Shown piece after piece: positions 40,299 through 45,562 of a DNA stretch of 45,562 nt. The stretch comes from Candidatus Dormibacteria bacterium (GTDB lineage Bacteria; Chloroflexota; Dormibacteria; Aeolococcales; Aeolococcaceae): positions 1-45,562 of the forward strand of contig JBHEMT010000036.1 in assembly GCA_046262435.1 (NCBI GenBank), read 5' to 3'. The position numbers and the translations under genes were made by a program. The number at the start of each line of letters is the position of its first letter. Position 1 is the first letter of the stretch. The notes beneath the pieces are model-generated. The model was not told where the DNA came from. It worked only from the letters and a program-made list of their open reading frames with translations, and searched no databases.

Positions 40299-40864
40299 GA
40301 CTGAGGCACCTCCTCACGGCCGAGCATCACTCCCGCCCGGCGGCGACCCACGATCTGCTCGGGTCGCTTGCCGCGGACCTCGGCGACGTCCTGCAGGGTG
40401 CGCATCGCGGAGAGTGCGCCCACGGTGGCGCGGACCACGTTGATCGGGTTGTTGGTTCCCAGGGACTTGGTGAGGATGTCGTGAATACCCGCGGCCTCCA
40501 CGACGGCGCGCATCGCGCCGCCGCTGATCACCCCGGTTCCAGGCACGGCGGGCTTGAGCATCACCTTGGCGGCGCCGACCTTGAAGCGGAGCTCGTGGGG
40601 AATCGTCCGGCCGACCATCGGGATCGTGATCATGTTCTTCTTGGCCGCCTCGACACCCTTGCGAATCGCTTCAGGCACCTCTCCCGCCTTGCCCAGGCCG
40701 GCGCCGACGCGGCCCTGTCCGTCGCCAACCACGACCAGAGCGCTGAAGGAGAAGCGCCGCCCTCCCTTGACCACCTTGGCCACCCGGTTGAGCGAGACGA
40801 TCTTCTCCTGAAACTCGGAGTCGCGACCGCCCTGGTCGCGGCGGCTGTCCATGCGCATGCCCAT
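40295..40864 (-). CDS. rpsE: 30S ribosomal protein S5
   Basis: [42 protein letters not shown]. Confidence 0.98.
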   Translation of the reverse strand: MGMRMDSRRDQGGRDSEFQEKIVSLNRVAKVVKGGRRFSFSALVVVGDGQGRVGAGLGKAGEVPEAIRKGVEAAKKNMITIPMVGRTIPHELRFKVGAAKVMLKPAVPGTGVISGGAMRAVVEAAGIHDILTKSLGTNNPINVVRATVGALSAMRTLQDVAEVRGKRPEQIVGRRRAGVMLGREEVPQS

Positions 40865-40866
40865 GC

Positions 40867-41235
40867 CTAAAACCTCAGTCCGGCGCCACGCGCCGCGTCG
40901 GCCAGGGCCTTGACCCGGCCGTGGTACAGGTAACCACCGCGGTCGAAGACCACGGCCTCGATGCCGGCGGCCTTGGCCCGCTCGGCGACGGCCTGGCCGA
41001 CCACACCGGCGGCACCCAGACCGGTCTTGCTGCCCAGTGAGCTCTTCAGGTCGGAGTCGATGCTCGATGCGGCCGCCACGGTGTGCCCGCGGGTGTCATC
41101 GATGACCTGGGCTGTGATGTGGTTGAGCGACCGGTACACCGCGAGACGGGGCCGGTCGGCGGTGCCGGTGATGTGCTTGCGAACCCGGCGGTGCCGCTTG
41201 TCGCGTGCGCCGCGCCGGTCGTGCTTCTTGAACAT
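40867..41235 (-). CDS. rplR: 50S ribosomal protein L18
   Basis: [30 protein letters not shown]. Confidence 0.98.
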   Translation of the reverse strand: MFKKHDRRGARDKRHRRVRKHITGTADRPRLAVYRSLNHITAQVIDDTRGHTVAAASSIDSDLKSSLGSKTGLGAAGVVGQAVAERAKAAGIEAVVFDRGGYLYHGRVKALADAARGAGLRF

Positions 41236-41238
41236 GCC

Positions 41239-41790
41239 TTACTTGCCCTTTCCGGCCTTGCCGGACTTGCCGGCCTTACGGCGCAGCTTCTCACCCCGGT
41301 ACAGCACTCCCTTCCCCTTGTAGGGCTCGGGCTTGCGGAAGGACCGGATCTTGGCGGCGACCTGGCCGACCACTTCCTTGTTGGGGCCGGTGACCGAGAT
41401 CTGGGTGGGCACCGGGACGTTGATGGTTACGCCCGCAGGCGGGCTGTAGCGGATCGGATGCGAGTAGCCGAGCAGAAGCACAAGATCATTCCCCTGCTTC
41501 GAGGCGCGGAAGCCCACGCCCACCAGGTCGAGATTCCGGGTGAACCCCTTGCTCACCCCCTCGACCATGTTGGCCACCAGCGTCCGCGTGAGTCCGTGCA
41601 GCGAGCGATGCTGGGCGGAGTCGGTGGGGCGCTCGACGTGGAGGACCCCCTCCTCGACGACGATCTTCATTGCCGGAGGCAGGCTGCGCTCCAGGGTGCC
41701 CATCCCGCCCTTGACGGTCACGTGGCTCCCCTGGCTCACCACCTCGACCCCGGAGGGGAGTTGTACGGGGAGACGTCCGATTCTCGACAC
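41239..41790 (-). CDS. rplF: 50S ribosomal protein L6
   Basis: MSRIGRLP, HGLTRTL, GYSHP, RKPEPYKGKG. Confidence 0.98.
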   Translation of the reverse strand: MSRIGRLPVQLPSGVEVVSQGSHVTVKGGMGTLERSLPPAMKIVVEEGVLHVERPTDSAQHRSLHGLTRTLVANMVEGVSKGFTRNLDLVGVGFRASKQGNDLVLLLGYSHPIRYSPPAGVTINVPVPTQISVTGPNKEVVGQVAAKIRSFRKPEPYKGKGVLYRGEKLRRKAGKSGKAGKGK

Positions 41791-41796
41791 GGCCGC

Positions 41797-42198
41797 CTAC
41801 CAGACGTACGCAACCACCTCGCCACCCAGGCCGGCGCGCTGCGCAGCTGAGCCGGTCATCAGACCGTGCGAGGTGGAGATGATGGCGATCCCGAGACCGC
41901 CGAGAACGCGAGGAATCTCGCTCTTGCGAGCGTAGACCCGGAGGCCGGGCTTGCTGATCCGGCGCAGACCGCTGAGGGCGCGCCCCCGCGCGGTGCGCGG
42001 CTTCAGGGTGAGCGTGAGCACGCCGATCGGAGTCCCCTCCTCCTGAGCCTCGGCGTAGTCCTCGATGAAGCCCTCCTCCTTGAGGACACGGGCGATCTCC
42101 ACCTTCATCCGGGAGACGGGCACGCTCACGGTGCGGTGGTTGGCGGCGTTGGCGTTGCGGACGCGGGTCAGCATGTCCGCGATGGTGTCACTCATCAT
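41797..42198 (-). CDS. rpsH: 30S ribosomal protein S8
   Basis: [50 protein letters not shown]. Confidence 0.98.
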   Translation of the reverse strand: MMSDTIADMLTRVRNANAANHRTVSVPVSRMKVEIARVLKEEGFIEDYAEAQEEGTPIGVLTLTLKPRTARGRALSGLRRISKPGLRVYARKSEIPRVLGGLGIAIISTSHGLMTGSAAQRAGLGGEVVAYVW

Positions 42199-42205
42199 GG
42201 CCGGG

Positions 42206-42391
42206 TCACCAGGACGACTTCTTGACGCCGGGGATCTGGCCCTTGGCCGCGAGGCCGCGGAAGCAGATCCGGCACATCCCGAACTTGCGCATGAACGCCC
42301 GCGGACGCCCGCAGACTCCACAGCGGTGGTGTTCCTGGACCGGAAACCGGCTGGGGCGCAGCCCCTTGGCGATCAGAGATTTCTTGGCCAT
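42206..42391 (-). CDS. rpsN: 30S ribosomal protein S14 type Z (zinc form)
   Basis: 61 aa, [28 protein letters not shown]. Confidence 0.97.
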   Translation of the reverse strand: MAKKSLIAKGLRPSRFPVQEHHRCGVCGRPRAFMRKFGMCRICFRGLAAKGQIPGVKKSSW

Positions 42392-42465
42392 TGACTTACC
42401 TCACCGCGCCGTATCGGGCCAGGTGGCCCGACGCACGCGGAGTGCGTGGATGTGGAAAAACGTGG

Positions 42466-43044
42466 TCACCCCTGCTGACCCGGCTTGCGAAAGGGCATCC
42501 CGAAGCCGCCGAGCAGTGCCCGCCCCTCATCGTCGCTGGCCGCCGAGGTGACGATGCACACCTCCATCCCGCGGAGCTTGTCGATCTTGTCGAAGTCGAT
42601 CTCCGGAAAGACCAGCTGCTCGCGCAGGCCAAGAGTGTAGTTGCCATGCCCGTCGAACGCCTTGGGGTCGATCCCCCGGAAGTCACGAATGCGCGGCAGG
42701 GCGACGTTGACCAGCTTGTCCAGGAAGTCCCACATGCGACGGCCGCGCAGGGTCACCTTGACCCCGATCGGCATGCCCTCACGAAGCTTGAACGCCGCCA
42801 CCGACTTGCGCGCCCGGATCACGATTGGCGCCTGGCCGGTGATCTGCTTGAGGTCGGACACCGCGGCGTCGATGGCGCGGCCGTTCTGGATGGCCTCGCC
42901 AAGCCCAATATTGACCACGATCTTCTGCACCCGGGGCACCTGCATGGCGTTCTGGTACCGGAACTCCTTGACCATGGCGGGCACCACGCTGGCGTCGTAC
43001 TGGTCCTGCAGGCGCGAGCGGGAAGCTACGGCGCTGGCGGCCAT
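42466..43044 (-). CDS. rplE: 50S ribosomal protein L5
   Basis: [51 protein letters not shown]. Confidence 0.98.
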   Translation of the reverse strand: MAASAVASRSRLQDQYDASVVPAMVKEFRYQNAMQVPRVQKIVVNIGLGEAIQNGRAIDAAVSDLKQITGQAPIVIRARKSVAAFKLREGMPIGVKVTLRGRRMWDFLDKLVNVALPRIRDFRGIDPKAFDGHGNYTLGLREQLVFPEIDFDKIDKLRGMEVCIVTSAASDDEGRALLGGFGMPFRKPGQQG

Positions 43045-43445
43045 CAGGCGCTCACCCGCTCGTACCGCTGGCCGCACTTCCTGCAGACCATGCCCCGGCT
43101 GCCATCGTCGAGCACCACGTGGCCGATCCGGGTGGGCTTGTCGCAGCGGTTGCACACCAGCAGCACGTTGCTATAAGCGATCGGCGCGTAGAAGTCCACG
43201 ATGCCCCCCTGGGCGTTGCCGCGTGTATTCGCCTTGGTATGCCGCTTCGCCACCCCAACGCCCGTGACGACGATCCGCTGCTCATCGGCGACGGTGCGCT
43301 CGACCACGCCGCGCTTGCCCTTGTCCTTGCCGGCGATCACCTCGACCGTGTCCCCCGAGCGGATGTCGAGCAGGCGCGGGCGGCCCTGCGCCCAGCCCTC
43401 GTGCTTGAGCTTGACCCGGCGCCGCTGCACTTGAGTCTTGGGCAT
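43044..43445 (-). CDS. rplX: 50S ribosomal protein L24
   Basis: KOW motif [30 protein letters not shown]...CRKC. Confidence 0.96.
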   Translation of the reverse strand: MPKTQVQRRRVKLKHEGWAQGRPRLLDIRSGDTVEVIAGKDKGKRGVVERTVADEQRIVVTGVGVAKRHTKANTRGNAQGGIVDFYAPIAYSNVLLVCNRCDKPTRIGHVVLDDGSRGMVCRKCGQRYERVSA

Positions 43446-43446
43446 G

Positions 43447-43815
43447 TCAGAGCACCTCAGGCGCTAGCGACACAATCTTCATGTAGTTGCGCTCACGCAG
43501 CTCGCGTGCCACCGGACCGAAGATCCGGGTACCGCGGGGGTTGTTGTTGGGGTTGATCAGCACTGCCGCGTTCTCGTCGAAGCGGATGTTGCTGCCGTCC
43601 GGGCGCTGGAACTCCTTGACCGTGCGGACCACCACAGCCCGGACCACATCGCCCTTCTTGACCTGGGCATTCGGGGTGGCCTGCTTGACCGCGCCGATGA
43701 TGACGTCGCCGACCGAGGCGTACTTGCGGTAGGACCCTCCGAGCACGCGGATGCAGAGGATCTCCCGCGCTCCACTGTTGTCGGCGACCTTGAGGACGCT
43801 CTCCTGCTGAATCAC
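43447..43815 (-). CDS. rplN: 50S ribosomal protein L14
   Basis: [42 protein letters not shown]. Confidence 0.98.
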   Translation of the reverse strand: MIQQESVLKVADNSGAREILCIRVLGGSYRKYASVGDVIIGAVKQATPNAQVKKGDVVRAVVVRTVKEFQRPDGSNIRFDENAAVLINPNNNPRGTRIFGPVARELRERNYMKIVSLAPEVL

Positions 43816-43823
43816 AACGCGTC

Positions 43824-44102
43824 CTACTTGGCCTTCTCGAGGATCTCGGAGACGCGCCAGCGCTTCTCCTTAGACATCGGCTTGGTCTCGGCAATCCGCA
43901 CTCGGTCACCGACGCCGGCGCCGCTCTCGTCGTGCGCCTTCATCCGGGTGGTGTGCCTGACCACCTTCTTGTACAGCGGGTGAGGTTTCTGTTCCTGGAT
44001 GAGGACGACCACGGTCTTCTCCATCCGGTCACTGACCACGATGCCCTCGCGCACCTTGCGCCGAGACCGGCTCTCGACAGTCTGCTGCTGCTCTTCGGCC
44101 AT
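43824..44102 (-). CDS. rpsQ: 30S ribosomal protein S17
   Basis: [35 protein letters not shown]. Confidence 0.97.
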   Translation of the reverse strand: MAEEQQQTVESRSRRKVREGIVVSDRMEKTVVVLIQEQKPHPLYKKVVRHTTRMKAHDESGAGVGDRVRIAETKPMSKEKRWRVSEILEKAK

Positions 44103-44108
44103 GGTCGT

Positions 44109-44336
44109 CTACCCCTCCCGCCGATGTGGTGCCTGGCGCTCCGCCTCGAGCTGCACCGTCATCGCGCGGGCGATCTGCTTGTGGATGTGTCGAATCTGTC
44201 GGTGGTTCTCGACCTGTCCGGTGGCCTGCTGAAATCGGATCACAAAGAGCTGATGGCGCTGCTGGCGAAGGTGATCGTCGAGTTCCTCACGCTTCATTCC
44301 GCGCAGCTCGTTCAGGGCATCGGCACGCTTGCTCAT
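44109..44336 (-). CDS. rpmC: 50S ribosomal protein L29
   Basis: [25 protein letters not shown]; position between rplP and rpsQ. Confidence 0.95.
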   Translation of the reverse strand: MSKRADALNELRGMKREELDDHLRQQRHQLFVIRFQQATGQVENHRQIRHIHKQIARAMTVQLEAERQAPHRREG

Positions 44337-44773
44337 GCGCTCGCCTCGACCTCGGCGGCGCCGGGCTCCTCGCGGACCACGAACCGGGTATTGATAGGCA
44401 GCTTGTGAGCGGCGAGGCGCATCGCCTCCTTGGCGATCTCAGGGGCGACGCCACTCATCTCGAACAGCACCCGGCCGGGCTTGACGATCGCCACCCAGCC
44501 CTCGAGGTTGCCCTTGCCACTGCCCATCCGCGTTTCGGCGGGCTTCTTGGTGTACGAGTGGGCGGGGAAGACCCTGATCCAGATCTTGCCGCCGCGCTTG
44601 ACGTGCCGAGTCATGGCGCGTCGGGCGGCCTCGATCTGACGATTGGTCATCCAGCACTCCTCGAGCGCCTGCAACCCGTACGTTCCGAAGGCGATGGTGG
44701 TGCCGCGCCCGGCGGTGCCGCGACGATGGCCGCGATGCAGCTTGCGGTGCTTGGTCCGCTTGGGCATCAGCAT
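44333..44773 (-). CDS. rplP: 50S ribosomal protein L16
   Basis: [33 protein letters not shown]. Confidence 0.98.
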   Translation of the reverse strand: MLMPKRTKHRKLHRGHRRGTAGRGTTIAFGTYGLQALEECWMTNRQIEAARRAMTRHVKRGGKIWIRVFPAHSYTKKPAETRMGSGKGNLEGWVAIVKPGRVLFEMSGVAPEIAKEAMRLAAHKLPINTRFVVREEPGAAEVEASA

Positions 44774-44775
44774 CG

Positions 44776-45562
44776 TCAGCCCTCCTCGGCGGAGTCGTCT
44801 GCGGTCTGCGGCGGGGTGCCGGACGGCTCAGCGGGCGCCACCGCCGGCCTGGGCGCCGAGGTGGCCCTGGCGGTCGCGGGCCTGGCAGCAGTGGGTTTGG
44901 CAGAAGTGGCCTTGGCCGACGTTGGCTTCGCGGTCGTGGGCTTGACCGACGTTGGCTTGGCGGTCGTGGGCTTGGCCGTCGTGGGCTTGGCGGTCGTGGG
45001 CTTGGCCGTAGCGGCCTTGGCCGGCGTCGGCTCCGCGGGGGGCGTGACGGCGGCGTCGGGCGGGGCCGCTGGCGAAGCGTCCGCGGTCTCGGTTGGGGCA
45101 GCCGCGGCAGGCACCGCAGAACTACTGCCCCCGGACGCAGCCGGGCTTCTCGGCGCGGTGGCGGCGGCAGCACCGCGAACCGCGCGTCCATCGCCGTCGG
45201 CATCCTCACGGCCGCCGCGGCCCGTCGCGACCGGGGTGGGGTTGATCGGCTCGCCCGTGGCGGTGACGTAGTCGCCCTTGTACAGCCAGCAGGTCACGCC
45301 GATGCGCCCGAATGTCGTACGCGCCTCCGCCTGCCCGTACTCGATGTTGGCCCGCAGGGTGTGCAGCGGCACTCGCCCTTCACGATCCCACTCGCGCCGC
45401 GACATCTCCGCACCGCCCAGACGGCCCGCCACCTCGATCTTGACGCCCTTGGCCCCAGCGCGCATGCAGCGCATCAGTGTCTGCTTGATGGCCCGGCGGA
45501 AAGCGATCCGCTTCTCCAGCTGCGAGGCGACGTTCTCCGCGACCAGCTGGGCGTCGAGATCG
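44776..45562 (-). CDS. rpsC: 30S ribosomal protein S3, 5' end outside the window; long low-complexity C-terminal tail
   Basis: [37 protein letters not shown]; frame open to the window end. Confidence 0.97.
   Translation of the reverse strand, partial: DLDAQLVAENVASQLEKRIAFRRAIKQTLMRCMRAGAKGVKIEVAGRLGGAEMSRREWDREGRVPLHTLRANIEYGQAEARTTFGRIGVTCWLYKGDYVTATGEPINPTPVATGRGGREDADGDGRAVRGAAAATAPRSPAASGGSSSAVPAAAAPTETADASPAAPPDAAVTPPAEPTPAKAATAKPTTAKPTTAKPTTAKPTSVKPTTAKPTSAKATSAKPTAARPATARATSAPRPAVAPAEPSGTPPQTADDSAEEG
44857..45021 (-). repeat. Eleven degenerate 15-bp tandem repeats encoding AKPTT-like pentapeptides in rpsC
   Basis: [55 protein letters not shown]; unit about GCCAAGCCCACGACC. Confidence 0.9.

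Noticed and set aside
44857-45021. CRISPR-like array
   Set aside because: Units are contiguous 15-mers without spacers, in frame within rpsC, and no cas genes are present

Overview
High-GC bacterial chromosome segment made almost entirely of housekeeping genes; sequence style and gene order suggest a Terrabacteria organism of the Chloroflexota/Ca. Dormibacterota type (inference only). Left to right: a GT-C-like membrane protein, sugar epimerase, lipoprotein and monoheme cytochrome c; tRNA-Val(TAC); rpiA; lipB-lipA; pruA; a Bacillus-type branched-chain 2-oxoacid dehydrogenase operon (lpdA-bkdAA-bkdAB-bkdB); a two-subunit CoA-transferase; ftsE-ftsX-M23 peptidase-S41 peptidase; a MocR/flavoprotein/EamA cassette; comF-secA-prfB (with the programmed +1 frameshift); DUF192; a CDF zinc exporter; an orphan DegS-like kinase; two glycosyltransferases; and the S10(partial)-spc-alpha ribosomal superoperon ending in truA-rplM-rpsI. 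I saw no mobile element, CRISPR array or defence island and cannot claim a clear new multi-gene system. The best leads are a ~160-nt rod-like structured RNA in front of ftsE, a probable CTG start for rpiA, a histidine kinase lacking the H+1 Asp, a Met-less cytochrome c operon, a divergent IF-1 and a 15-bp tandem-repeat tail on S3.
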